From: Girardia tigrina
Taxonomy: Eukaryota
DNA: 52,706 nucleotides
Direction of reading: 5' to 3'
Assembly (NCBI GenBank): GCA_001938485.1
Contig: MQRK01253288.1
Span: 31,987-84,692 of the forward strand
Part shown: positions 39,802 to 52,594 of the stretch, piece after piece
How the letters are laid out: the number at the start of each line of letters is the position of its first letter
How positions within the stretch are numbered: the first letter of the stretch is position 1
Program-made: the position numbers and the translations under genes
The notes under the pieces: generated by a model
Seen by the model: only the letters and a program-made list of their open reading frames with translations
Database searches by the model: none
Told to the model about the DNA's origin: nothing

Positions 39802-41140
39802 TATGGTTCATCCACATTAACGAGATTATTTCGGTAAGGAGTTTACTCGTTTTCGTTTAGAAAAATAGTCAAAATTCTGACACCGATTTTAGACAGACTA
39901 TTAAAACATTATGTTGCAAGTATGATGAGCTTTTGGCAAGTATACAATTCTTAACAGATCATTATTTTTATGAAAAAAATTAAACAGAATGCAAATTGTA
40001 GCAAAAAAAGTAATAAACAAAAACCTTAACGTTTGTCGTATGTATTTTAGTTTATATTATCATAATTATTTTATTCGTATCAAATCAACAAAACAAAAAT
40101 TATATCTAATGCATATAATAATTCAAACGTTGAAAAGAAAATGCATTTTAGTTTCAATGAATTAACAACTTGGAGGTCAAGCGTTTTGATATACGTCTAT
40201 GGGTCTATAATAACCTTCATTCGCTGCATCAATTAGGGTTTTAAGGAAGACAGAAGATTCGGCAGTATTTTTTATTTATAAAAAATATTGATAGAAAATT
40301 GCTTAATATCCTGCTATGTTTTTTTTATTTGCATAGTTTCACGCTGTATTGGACTTTGTGTGAGCTTAATTTTCTTCGAATTTGTCTAAAAATCTAAATC
40401 CTTCGAAATATTAAGTCTTTGTAGGACGACTTACTCTAACACCACTAACTCTATTTTTTTATACATTTATTTATACTTTACTAACACCTTTGATAAAATA
40501 ATATCCAATAAATGATTAATACAAAAAGAGAAACAATTCTAATAAGATTTTAGTTTGATTTTCTTTTTTCAGTCCCAGCGCCTAGTACATCTTTACGCTA
40601 GAAAGATCAGTGTAATTAACGTAGAGGCAAAGTTATGTAAAATATAAAAAAAATTTATCGTGCTTCGTGTGTTATTTTTATTTTATAGTATTTCGTACAT
40701 TTCATTTCAATATATTTTTTCATGAAAAATAAATTTAATATTTTTGTAGATTTAGAAAAATAATAAAAAGTATCGATAAATATGACATTATTCTTCTTCT
40801 ATGTATAAAATATTAATCGATCTTTCTTCGAAGGGTAATCATTTCCATAACTAGGGGCCTGAAAATAACAATTATCAATTAGCAGTGCTATGGCTGATCA
40901 GGTCATATCGCATTTTAGTTAATAACCGTGATCATAATTAACTCATAAATCCTTCAATATCCACTTTATGGACAAAAAAATTTCTATATTTTTTAATTAT
41001 GAAAATCGAAATCTTTAATTACTTTAACTGAAAATATTATCTGTTTAATAATAATATATTTAATTTGATTGAAAAATAATTTTTGAAATAATTAATATTT
41101 ACCGACATACAAAATTTAATTTAATTATTTATTTTTTAAG

Positions 41141-41260
41141 GACGACATCTTTGTTGGGTCTCATCCTTTGCATTGCTTTGATGTTTGTGTCGAGCTGGTA
41201 TTACGCGCTGATTGCGATCGCATTAGCCGGGGGCATCTACAAATACATCGAATATCGCGG
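41141..41260 (+). CDS. kcc: KCC exon (TM11-TM12)
   Basis: ttttaag| ... |gtatgt. Translates (W)[39 protein letters not shown](G). Confidence 0.95.
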
Positions 41261-41725
41261 GTATGTCAGCCTACACGTTACGTGTGTGTATTGTGTGTGT
41301 TCCATCTGTTGTATGTATGATTATGTAATCGTATTTTATTACATTTAGTATTTTATTTTAAATATTTAATAAGTCAATTAAAAATATTATTTAGATTATT
41401 TTTAGTCATTCTTCGCAATTTTTAATTAAAATAAATTATTTCTATTTTATCGTATATCGCTTGTAATCAAATTTCCCGAAAGTCCAAAAATCTTTTATGC
41501 GATTTCTATTTCTAAATTAATTTTAATTAATGAATTTAAATGAATTTTAAGTAATGGTAAATGTTTCAAACAAAAATCCTTACATCGTTCTAAAGATTTA
41601 TTTCCAAAACAGTGATTAATATTGATCACCCGTCATCATCAGACAATGATATATTTATAAAAGTAATAACTGTGTAATCATAAAGTATTTGCAATTTAGA
41701 TCATTTAAATATTTTTAGTAAAGTA

Positions 41726-41925
41726 CCGTATTTTTCCGTGTATAAGACCCCCTTTTTTGTCAAAATTTAATGAACATTTAACGCGAATTTTCAAAATTTA
41801 TTAAATATTTGAAATATTTCTCCAACACAAAAGATTTCTATTTATTTTCTGGAATGAATTAAGGAACTTTTTTCCAAAAATGTACACCAAAAAATAAGGA
41901 GGATCTTATACACGGAAAAATACGG
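41726..41925. mobile_element. pogo/Tc2-like MITE (200 bp)
   Basis: Perfect 22-bp TIRs CCGTATTTTTCCGTGTATAAGA with TA TSDs. Confidence 0.93.
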
Positions 41926-44060
41926 TAGTTGAATGTCACTTGAGCATTAATTTTAGGATTGTGTTACTTAATTGATTACTCTGAGCATGCGACTCTAACA
42001 TAATGGCGATTCATAAAATTAAAACAACTTTAAAATTAATGAGTTTCAAATTACTAATATTTCTTTCTATTATCAACCATATTACCACACTAATTTCGAC
42101 TGCCTTAGATTTCTTTTGTAAAGATGCTGTGACGTCTCTCCAATATATATGACATCGCATCCATTACAAAAATATTGGTCGAAACTAAAGATTGGTGGAA
42201 ATGCTAATAAAATTTTGATATTGACTGTTCAATGATGATTAAAGACGATTGAATTTGGTTTTGTAATAACTTTCTTAAATTAACATTATCTAAAATATTT
42301 ATTTTTCATAAATATTTTTAGTACATTCTTCTATAAGTAAGTATTTGTTTTTCTAATTTCACAATTTCCTCAAATATTTTTTGCAACTTAAAACTATTCT
42401 AGATTTAGTTAATAATCTTTTTTATAAAGAAGAACAATTTTTGTATTCACATTATAATATTAATTTGTTTTCGGTACGTTTCTGTTTTCTCATACTCCTA
42501 AACAAAGTATTTTTAATAACTTTTGTCACATCTTTTTCTATTATGTTTAATAATTTTATCTGTCTGAAAGATTTAATGAAAAATTTATTTAGCTTTTTGT
42601 TGTGTCTTTATTAGATATTGTTGCTCACTTTTTTCATAATATTTTAAGACTAGAAAAAGACTCGTCATATAAGACGGGTGAGCTGAATTTTCGTCTTTGA
42701 AAGTTTCTGTTTTAATTTTTAAATCGTAATTATTATAATTTATTATTTATTGGTTCGAATTCTGTGTTGATTTAACATGCGGCCAATTAAGTCGGCTCCA
42801 GTGTCATTCGGCGACGGCACTGCACCGACAGAATTGTATTGGTGTGGGCTATCCATATTGACATTATTTTTTTAATAATGAACATTTGTAATTTCTACAA
42901 AATTGATTTTTAGCAATAGAATTAGTAAATTAGTGATTAGTAAATTAATGATTAGTAAATTATTTCACAATCGATGATACCGTTATGGGGAAACGTATTT
43001 TTTCTATAATTAAAAATTATTAAAATAACGTGTTTTCTTTATCTTGTTTTTAAATAAATTGCCATTAAATCTAAATGTTTTGTATATGTTTAAATAAACA
43101 CGTATATATATATACAATCAAAACGCCATTTGTATTCGAAAAATTAATTAATTTAAAATTTTCATTTCTTGCAATCCATTTTGATACATTTTAGATTTGT
43201 TAAATGAAAGGAAAAGTAGTTATTATTAGATAGAAATTTATAGAAAGTAAACGGATACATAAATATAATACCACTACATACATGTGTATAAAACTATATC
43301 TTATAAAACAATTAAGATTTAAGAATTTTGTTCGACTAAAAGTACAATTAAATTTATATATTTAATTAATAAATATAGACATTTTCTACCATATTAATTA
43401 TTAAAATACAAAATGTGATTTGATTTTTCTTTCAGTTTGCTTCAGAAATTCTTTTATAGATTAAACTAATAGTAGAAACAATCAAAAAAGTGTTATTTTG
43501 ATATTTATTCAATCTAAAATAAAATAAAACAATTTAAAAATATATCAAAATAATCTTTTTCAAAACACTTTAAATATATTTAAAATTGAAGTAAGTTTTC
43601 TTTCTAAATAAAAGGTTACTTCAGTTCGAATGTTTCGAAGAATTCATTCTTTAGATGGAATTCATTCTGTTATGATAAATATTACACCATTTGCAGCAGA
43701 AAATTTAATAAATAATTATTTACGTATTTATTATAATACTAAATTTATTTTTCGTCGTTTTTCACTATTTTAAGATTATTTAATGTTAAGATTTTACATT
43801 TTCAATTGATGGGTGTAAGTGTATTCTATCTATTTCTACTAAATTTTATAGAACGTAAAACTAAAAGATGTTGTTTATTTAATAACGTTGTGAGGAATGT
43901 TTTGAATTGTTTGTTGTTTTATATTTTTCATGTTGTATGTTGATTCAGATTGTGTCTCTCCTACTCAGATATCATTTGGTATTTTCTTTGATTCCTACTC
44001 ATTGAAAATTATTTAATTTTAAAGTAAAAATATTTAAAATATTTTTCAAATGTAATATTT

Positions 44061-45210
44061 TGGCCTCCAATCTCTTTCAAGAATGGTATTGAGCCTATAA
44101 GCTCTTTAGATGGTCCACCCAAACCAAATAAGTCTATAAGCTCCCCGATAGGCCTCCTACAGGGACGTCAGCCTTTCGCTTCCGCGCACGCTTTGGCAAT
44201 CCAGTCAGAAACGACCAGTCATGGATAGTAGTCCCATGATTCTGCATCCCTTTGGCTGTGTACGTGGACTTTACACATCCGCGAAACGGACATCTGAAGG
44301 TTCCTCTCACAGTTAGATCTGTAAGGCGGTAGTCCAGATGGGTTTCTAAAGGACTCGCTTCTAACTCTCCTATCGAAGCAGCATTCGGATCGACGATTGG
44401 TACTTGAGTTACGTTGTCTTCTGGTATCGCGTTCAGTGGTTGATTTCCTTCTTCTGATTGTCTGGACTGATTGGTTCTGCTCGGAAAAATTTGGACTAAT
44501 TGTTCATCTTCAATTTTGTGCACTGTTTTGAAATGTCTGATGAGTCATCCTTTGGTCTTGTAGTTCTTTCGACATAGATGGCAATTGAATCCTTCCGGCT
44601 CTTCTTCTTGAGGGACTCTTGGTCTATGATCTTGTTTCTCGTGTTGATTTAATTCTGTCTGCTCCGCGAATTCCCTGAAACAAGATTCGTATGAACATTG
44701 AAACAGTTTCATCCACATCTGATAAGTTTTGCCATGTCTTCTGATCTCCGCCCAATTATTTGACTCTCGCATATTTTTGAGTCGATCCTATCTTTCATCT
44801 TGAGTTGAGCACTTTCCTACTGAATTAATATTAAGAAATCATCAAAGGAAGTGGTTTCTCCAAAAAGGCATTCCGTGTCGACTCTTAAGCATTCTTTGAT
44901 TTGTTGCTTCTTTCTTCCAGAGATTTTCTTACCTTCTGTCATTGAGGATTCAATGACTCTTCAAGATCATCGGTCCATTTCCAGTAACTAAGAGAGAGTG
45001 GAACGGGAGTCGTCTCTTAGCTAGAATGTCCATTGGGTGAGGTAACCCAATTGTGATGGTATCCATTCTGATCTTCTGATCCTTCCTTATCCCCAACACT
45101 AGTCGAGTACCATGATTGTGTAGGCTCTGCAGTTTCTTTACCAGTGTGTCGGTAGTCCTCCAATTTTCACACCCATAGTATACTACAGGTAGTATACAAC
45201 TCTCTCAATT
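44061..45210 (-). mobile_element. 5'-truncated RTE-like non-LTR retrotransposon with three C-terminal C2H2 zinc fingers
   Basis: ILPVVYYGCENW...KKLQSLHNHGTRLVLGI matches the RTE post-RT motif. Fingers CSYESC..H..H, CHLC..H..H and CPFRGC..H..H. 13-bp TSD AAATGTAATATTT at 44048-44060 and 45211-45223. Confidence 0.85.
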
Positions 45211-45939
45211 AAATGTAATATTTACTTTTTTATGTAATTTAAAATTGTATTATATTAATTTTTTTGTACTTTTTTAAAAATGTTAAGATTTTATTTTAAA
45301 TAATTAGAATCTTTATTACTAATTAATATTAATAAATATTTTTCATTTATTTTCAAAAATTAAGATGAAATTTAGATATTAATCAAGAAAAATGTCGAAT
45401 AGCGAAAATTGTTTGAATAATTGTTGTAATGACAATTTTACTGGTGATATTAATAAATGTTCAAAAAATCATATTGATGTTGTTAATAAACGTATTTTAT
45501 AAACATTTTTATTTTGTACTTTTTATATGAATTTTTATAAGTTTTTTTTCTTTAAATCATCATGTTATATCAACTTTGGTTTAGATAGATTAAAATTTAA
45601 GAATAATTTCTTATTTCGTTTCCGTTAATTTTGTGTAACTATACTTTTAATGATTAATTTTATCATTTTTAAAAATTATTTTTAACAGTTGTCTTCAAAA
45701 AAAACATTTAAATAAAAAAAGAAAGTCTACCAAACCTTTGGAAGTCAGATATATTAATATTTGCTTAAAATTTAATAAATGAATTAATGTTTATGTTTAT
45801 TAAAAACACCAATATGACTTTTAACATTTTTTATTATTACAACAAGTTTGATTGACCTCACGACAATCGAAGTTGAAGCCTTCGTATTTTTGCGTCAGTC
45901 TATTAATTAATGACTTTAATCTTATTATATGATCAAATG

Positions 45940-46166
45940 GAGCAATAAATAATTTATTAAAATATTTACTCAAAACTTATTGGGTAAAAGTTAAAATGAT
46001 TATTAGTTTTTTAGAAAATATTAATTTAATATATTTATTTTAAAATTGTAAATAAAATTATTTAAAATTTTACAATTATTTTAAGTTAGAAATAAATCTA
46101 AACATTATATATTTTCAGATAATAAGAATTAAAATATTAATCAGCCATCTGGGTAGGAGAGACAAA
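45940..46166 (-). repeat. Unclassified ~300-bp dispersed repeat with core TCTCCTAC(C/T)CAGAT
   Basis: Reverse-complement match to 51480-51705. Other copies at about 18957-19030(-), 22391-22660(+) and 43890-43970(+). Confidence 0.8.
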
Positions 46167-46396
46167 ACATTTTAATGGTATTTTTGTTTTTGAATTGAAA
46201 ATTCTTGTATTATCAGATACAATTGTATGGTTATAACACTCTTATCGAATACAATTTTTTATCTTATAATTTAGAATTTTATTTTACAATTTAAAACTAA
46301 AATTATTACAAAATATTTTATGGAAATAATTGTTCTTTTTTATTCAATTATTTGAGTTATTTGCTATGTTTTTTATGTTATTTTATTTAAATTTAG

Positions 46397-46599
46397 AGCA
46401 ACAAAAGAATGGGGAGATGCGACTAGGGGTTTTCAAATGTCTGCTGCCAAAAAAGCAATATTACAATTAGGAGATAAACCGGTTCATACGAAAAATTGGC
46501 GTCCACAAATTCTCGTGTTGGTTAATCTTGATGAAACATGCACAAAAATATCTCATCCGAAACTTTTGGATTTCTGTTCACAATTAAAAGCCGGAAGAG
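46397..46599 (+). CDS. kcc: KCC exon (scissor helix and start of C-terminal domain)
   Basis: tttag| ... |gttcaa. Translates (G)ATKEWGD...[14 protein letters not shown]...SQLKAGR(G). Confidence 0.95.
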
Positions 46600-46648
46600 G
46601 TTCAAATCTATATATTTGATCAAAATATTCTATACTCATTAATCACAG

Positions 46649-46811
46649 GCTTAACGATTATTGGCACAGTTATTGAAGGTGAACTTTTTGAAAAGAAAAG
46701 TGACGTTGTTATTGCAAAAGATACAATAAATAGATCAATTAGAGATAAACAAATTAAAGGATTGAGTGAGATTGCTGTGGCATCAAATATCATAGAAGCA
46801 ATTAAAATTTT
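46649..46811 (+). CDS. kcc: KCC exon (C-terminal domain)
   Basis: Follows a 49-nt intron ending cacag|. GLTIIGTVIEGEL...KQIKGLSEIAVASNIIEAIKI(L); donor gtaaaa. Confidence 0.92.
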
Positions 46812-46858
46812 GTAAAAGGAATTATTATGTATAGAAAAATTGTAATTATCATTTTCAG

Positions 46859-46965
46859 GTGTCAGACATCAGGTCTGGGTAACCTGAGACATAACTGCGT
46901 AATGCTATCATTTCCAGAAGAGTGGATGAACGATAAAAGCCAGAATAAATGGAAGCAATTTATGG
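46859..46965 (+). CDS. kcc: KCC exon (C-terminal domain)
   Basis: Follows a 47-nt intron ending ttttcag|. (L)CQTSGLGNLRHNCVMLSFPEEW...WKQFM matches KCC QxxGLGxxxHN; donor gtattt. Confidence 0.92.
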
Positions 46966-47600
46966 GTATTTTATCATATATATTTCATATGTAACTGTAT
47001 TTATTTATATAATGGATTATTAGTATAAAGTAATAGAAATTCTACTTTAAATGAAATTTGAGAGAAATAATAATGTTTTTATTTATTTTTATTTCATTTG
47101 TTTTTTTTTATTTATTATTTATTATTTGCTTCATTTACATAATTATTTAAGAATAAACGATTGTTTAATTTAATATTCTTTTCTTTCCAAATACCGAGAG
47201 AACTTTTAAATATTAAATATAATTTTAACAAGATATAAATTATCGATTATTGTAAATTTTTCATACATAATAACCTATTTAGTCAACGAAACACGAATAT
47301 TAATTTTAAATTACTAAAGAAGGAGACAATATTAATTAAGGAAACTATAATCTTTCACGAAAAGCTAACCTGAATCAGTGAATATGTATGAATGAATAAA
47401 GACATGGTATTTCGTATATACAGATATTTTTCTGTTTGATTAACTAATTGTTGGGAATGTTGTTGAGTTCATAAAATTTTTTAATTTACAATCTTATCAA
47501 ATTAATAAATAAACAATTACATTCCGTAAAATATTCTTATAGATATGTTAAAATAAGATTTTCAGAAATTTAATGTAAAAATTAATTTATGTAAGAAATA

Positions 47601-48876
47601 TTAGGTTGGTCGAAAAATAATGGAGGTTTTGGTACACAAACTTCAAAGACGTGCAAATTCACAGAAACAAAAGTTTATTGATCAAAGTATGAACCGTTGG
47701 CATCAATACATTTTTACCAACGAGAAACAAGTTGTTTTATTCCATCAGCATAAAATGCATCGGTTTTCGAAGCGACGAATTCTTGGAAGGCATTTTGAGC
47801 ATCATTTTGCTTTTTGAAAATTTTTTCACGTAGGAAGTTGTACAAATGCCTGAAAAAGTAGAAGTCTGTTGACGAGAGGTCTGGTGAATATGGTGGATGA
47901 GGCAGGGTTTCATAGCCCAACTCATTAAGCTTTTGAAGAGTCACTTTTGAAATATGAGGTCTAGCGTTATCATGAAGAAGGATGGGACTTTTTCGATTGA
48001 TCAATCCTGGACAAAGGGTTTTCAATTTTTTATGCATTTCATCAATTTCATCACAGTACCTCTCCGCTGTGATTGTTTCACCGGGATTCAAGAAACTATA
48101 GTGGATGATTCCAGCATCACACCACAAAACTGTCACCATAACCTTACGGGGTGTTAGTTTCGGTTTTGGAAATGTTTCGGTACTTCATCTTTGTCCAACC
48201 ACTGTGCAGATCGACGTCGGTTATCATACAGGATCCATTTCTCATCACAGGTAACAATACGATCAAGAAATGGATCGTTTTTATTGCGAAGATGATTGGC
48301 AGAACAAATTTCATAGCGTCGGTTCTTTTGATTTTCATTCATATCATGTGGAGAACCCATTTATCAAGTTTCTTGATTTTTCCAAGTTGTTTTAAATGAT
48401 CCAGGACTGTTGAATGACTAATGCCCAACCCATCTGCATGTTCTCTGATTGTTGTACGGGGATCTGTTTCCACCATTGTCCTCAAATTGTCGTTGTTCAC
48501 AGCAACTGGACGACCACAACCTTCTTCATCTTCAAGGTTTTCATCTCCATCAGAAAAATTTCGGAACCACCGTTGCACTGTGCGCTCAGAAGCTGTTCCC
48601 TTGCCAAACGCTTTATTGATATTGCGAACCGTTTCTGCTGCTTTACGACCCAGTTTAAATTTGTACAAGAAAATTACTCGAATTTTAATTTTTTCCATTA
48701 TTAATTTAGCACCGTAAATATTCTAAAAAATAACAGCAATATGTTAATCATGGTTATAGGAATATACAGCTAGGCATAAGATTTCAAATAATATCTAACA
48801 CTAATGCATATACATATCAAAGTAGATAAACAAAGTATAAAGCTCAAAAACCGCCATTATTTTTCGACCAACCTTA
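47601..48876 (-). mobile_element. Full-length mariner (DD34D, Hsmar1/cecropia-like) with frameshifted transposase
   Basis: TIRs of about 30 bp (TTAGGTTGGTCGAAAAATAATGG...), TA TSDs, 1276 bp. ORF pieces 48698-48339, 48360-48154 and 48139-47714 contain TCDEKW, LHDNARPH and HPPYSPDL. Confidence 0.96.
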
Positions 48877-51414
48877 TAAAATAAATTTTACGGTAGGTTT
48901 ATTAAAAGATTTATGCAAAGATTTTGTATAAAGTAAAAAAGTTAATTTCAAATTTGATGAAAATATTTAATTGAAATAAAATCAAAAGTAATATAAAGTT
49001 TAATATTTTATTTGCGAAATGAAAGCAAACTAAACTATTTTTGCAACTTTATTTTACACGATTAAATCAAAGTAAATTAAAAATGTAATTATAATTGTTT
49101 TGGAAATTTTAATTGGAATCAAAATATAATTGTAAAACAATTAAATCGACTTAAATGAAAATGTGATTTTAATTTTATTTTGGAAAACGTAATTATTAAT
49201 CGAAATATAATTTTATTTTTATGTAACGAAGGGGTAATTTAAAAGTTGTTAAATTGAACAAAATTGCGATTTTAATTTTATTTTCAAAATATTATTTTAT
49301 TAAATCCAAAGTAATTTTTAAAACTATTATGAAAACGAAATGAAAAATGCTATTGTATAGAATGGGGAAATTTAATTGAGAAACAGATAAATTTAAAGGT
49401 ACAATAAAATTGAAATTTAATAAAAGACGCAACAAAATCTTTGTGACAAAATTTTAATTCACTTTATAATTTTTATTAAAAAAAGTATAGAATTTTAATT
49501 CGTAAAAAATACAACAACCATATTTATATTTATATCAATTCTTATTTATAATGGTTTGTGTAAAAAGAAAGTGCAAAAGTTCCTCGGAAATATTTGTTTA
49601 AAAAAACTCAAATTGTAGTAGAAATAAAGTTTTGTGTTAATGTCAACGTCTTTTGATCAAGAACCCAATACTAATAATATCTCGGCTAACAAACTTTCTA
49701 ACTTAAAAATGTTTATCTGCATCTGGACTACGACAAGTTTTCTTTTTTTATTTCAACTAAAATATAATATTTTCTCTTTATTTGAAAATCGTTTATTCCA
49801 ATGGGAAATGTACTTTGAAAAACTTGCTTTTGTTAAATTTCGTAGATGTCGTTTAGAAGGAATGTTCAGAATTCTTGAAAATAATGGTCGACAACTTAAA
49901 ATATGAATTATTTTAAATAGGAGTATTTTAAATTAGAGTTGGTTGTGGTAACCATAACATAGGAAAATGTTCTAGAAGTGGTACTAGAAAGGTTGAGGAT
50001 CACTTCAATTTAAGTGGATTTATTAAAGGATTATATATTATTTCTTAATATTGATTTTCATTTGGATTGGTATATTCTAACAAAATGAAAAAAAAATTGA
50101 TAACTGCTGTCTTAAAAGGTTGTCTAAAGAACTGTTTTGGCATCTATACATTGATACATATAACTTCATAGACTTCTTTCTACTAATATTATGTACAGAG
50201 TATTTTCAAATTATTTACATTTGCATTTATGTTTACAAATCATTTGTCATCATTTAATATGACTTTTGCTCAAGTTACGATTGTGTTTCTGAATTGAGAA
50301 GTCTTTTTAGTTCTTTTACATTACGACAATTACTATTAAAGATGAATTACAAAGCATTTGATAATTCTTATTTACTGTTTAAATATTTATTTTTAATTTT
50401 TTTATTATGTATTTAAAATTATTTGATTGTATTTGTTTGGTAATATTAATTTATTTTCAAAATGAGTATTTTTCTACAATTAAAATTTTTCTGCTGGATT
50501 AAGCAATTTATCTTTTTTTGAAACAGCAGTTGGTGATTAAATTTATGTAAATTTTGTCTCACATCAAATATTTCAGATTTTTACATTAAATATATAATTT
50601 ATATTTTCCATTTTCGAACAAATGCTAACATTTTAGATTATATTTTTTACAAAAGCTTTTTGTCAAAGAAAATAATTTTTCTTTGAACTTTTATGTTTCT
50701 TTAGGTAAAGTACTTGATTATTTTTATCAACTTCATTTTGAAAAACAATTTTTTTTAAAAATTTTATCTGTCACTTACTTTGTATGAAAATAAATTAATT
50801 TTGTTTCTTATTTTTTTATTTTAAATACAAAGTTATTACATATAATTATATTACTCATAAAATTTCAAAAAAACGTTGATAGAATTAATCATATACTTTA
50901 TATATATATTTATAGTGAAATATGTTAAATTTTATACCTGTAAAACTTTTAGATTTGTGTAAATTTTAGATATCTATATATCTATATATCTATATATATA
51001 TCACAGGAAGGGGGAAAATGTATGAATAATTTAAGGAAAATTTAATAACTTGTATACTCATGTATCTGTTAAAGTATGTTAAACTGCCTTTTTTTACTTT
51101 TAAATGCAAACTTGCGAATACCCAACAAAATTACTGAAATAAGTAAACTCATAATTCGGTTTTAAGATATAGATTAAAGGTGTTAGGAATACTCAAGTTA
51201 ATTCTTATATATTTGAACTACAATATATGTACCATAACATAAAACATTCAATAATTTTATATTGTCATTGCCTAGAACACTTACCACAGAACCTTCAAAC
51301 GTTAAGTCATTCATTTAAAATTTAATGAAGTCAGTTATAACAGTGTGCTTAGATTTCAGGCACTTTTTTGCTTTGTAAAATTCCATTTCTGTTTGAATTG
51401 AAGAAAGTTTTTAT

Positions 51415-51705
51415 GTGTGTGGAATATTTTGAATGTTTGATGTTTTGTGTTTGATTGTTGCATGTTGATTTATAATTGTGTCTCTCCTACCCAGATGCAT
51501 GATTAATATTTGAATTCTTATTATCTAAAAATATGTAATATTTAAATTTATTTTTAAATTCAAATAATGGTAAAATTTTAAATAAGTTAATTAATTTTTA
51601 CAATTTTTAATAAATAAATCAAATTAATATTTTTAAAATAATTAATAATCATTGTAATTTCTATCCAATAAGTTTTGAGTAAATATTTTAATAAATTATT
51701 TGTGT
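51415..51705 (+). repeat. Unclassified dispersed repeat, longest copy in the window
   Basis: TG-rich block followed by GTGTCTCTCCTACCCAGATGCATGATTAATATT and an AT-rich tail; matches four other loci. Confidence 0.8.
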
Positions 51706-52299
51706 CTCTGTTTGCTAAAAATAATAAGAATTAATTCAATAATCAATTTAGTTTAGAATGCAATCGTACGATATCTTTGACAAAGCTGGTCTTAAGGACA
51801 ATCCAAATTATTGTGTGAATAAAAATATGAAAAGTCAAATTGGTGTTCTTAATATTATGTAAGTTCGGTTTGCTTTTTAAAGTCATAGTTTTGGAGATGT
51901 TGTCGAGCAGTTAGTGTTTTTGAAAATCATGGGTGTTTAGATACAATACCATTAGATACCATCAAACTCGGCTAAAATTTCAATAAGGTATCATCAAAAA
52001 TTTCACCATCATCAACATGATCATCAGTCAAATTAAAAAAAATTACAAACTGACTTGCTTGTGAGACTTCAAACCATTGAATATGATGTCGAACTTTAGA
52101 CAAAATGAAGCAAGTTCAGTATTTTGGCATTCAATTTCTGGAGCAACGACCTGACCACCTTGAAACTTGCAGTTATAAAAGCATTGAAAATAGTTGATAG
52201 TTCAAAGACATTACCTAATGTTCAATTCGAAAAAAATGAAAAACATTGTAATGCAAAAGCAAAGTCAGGAAACTCTTGCAAATTTAATGCTGTAGTTCA

Positions 52300-52592
52300 T
52301 CAAGATGAAAAAACTGCACGAAGAATTCTTTTGGAAAGATGGATTTTGAAATTCGGTCCACCTAAGGAAATTCATATAGATAGAGGGAAGACATTTGAAT
52401 CTTTCCAAAAAATGACTAACAACTTTAACAACCGAATAATTTATTCAAGTCCGTACCATCACCAGACAAATGGAATGATTGAAAGACAGTTCAGATCTAT
52501 TAGAGATTCAATTAATACACAAATACAAGATGGAGTTCACAAAGACTACGTAGAAATTATGCCTGAAATTGAATTCATGATAAATAGTACTA
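52300..52592 (+). mobile_element. Ty3/Gypsy integrase core fragment
   Basis: WILKFGPPKEIHIDRGKTFES...SSPYHHQTNGMIERQFRSIRD. More decayed pol-like sequence lies upstream from about 51760. Confidence 0.85.
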
Positions 52593-52594
52593 TA

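Noticed and set aside
41628-41645. Minus-strand CTGATGATGACGGG, a hammerhead-like start
   Set aside because: No closing stem II strand or properly placed GAAA. At most a truncated Penelope terminal fragment.
44536-44575. CTGATGAGTC hammerhead-like box on the + strand
   Set aside because: No GAAA box after the stem; it is the antisense of LINE codons.
47954-48717. Plus-strand ORFs over the mariner, and similar antisense ORFs at 1474, 24837, 31261 and 33199
   Set aside because: Shadow ORFs opposite real coding sequence.
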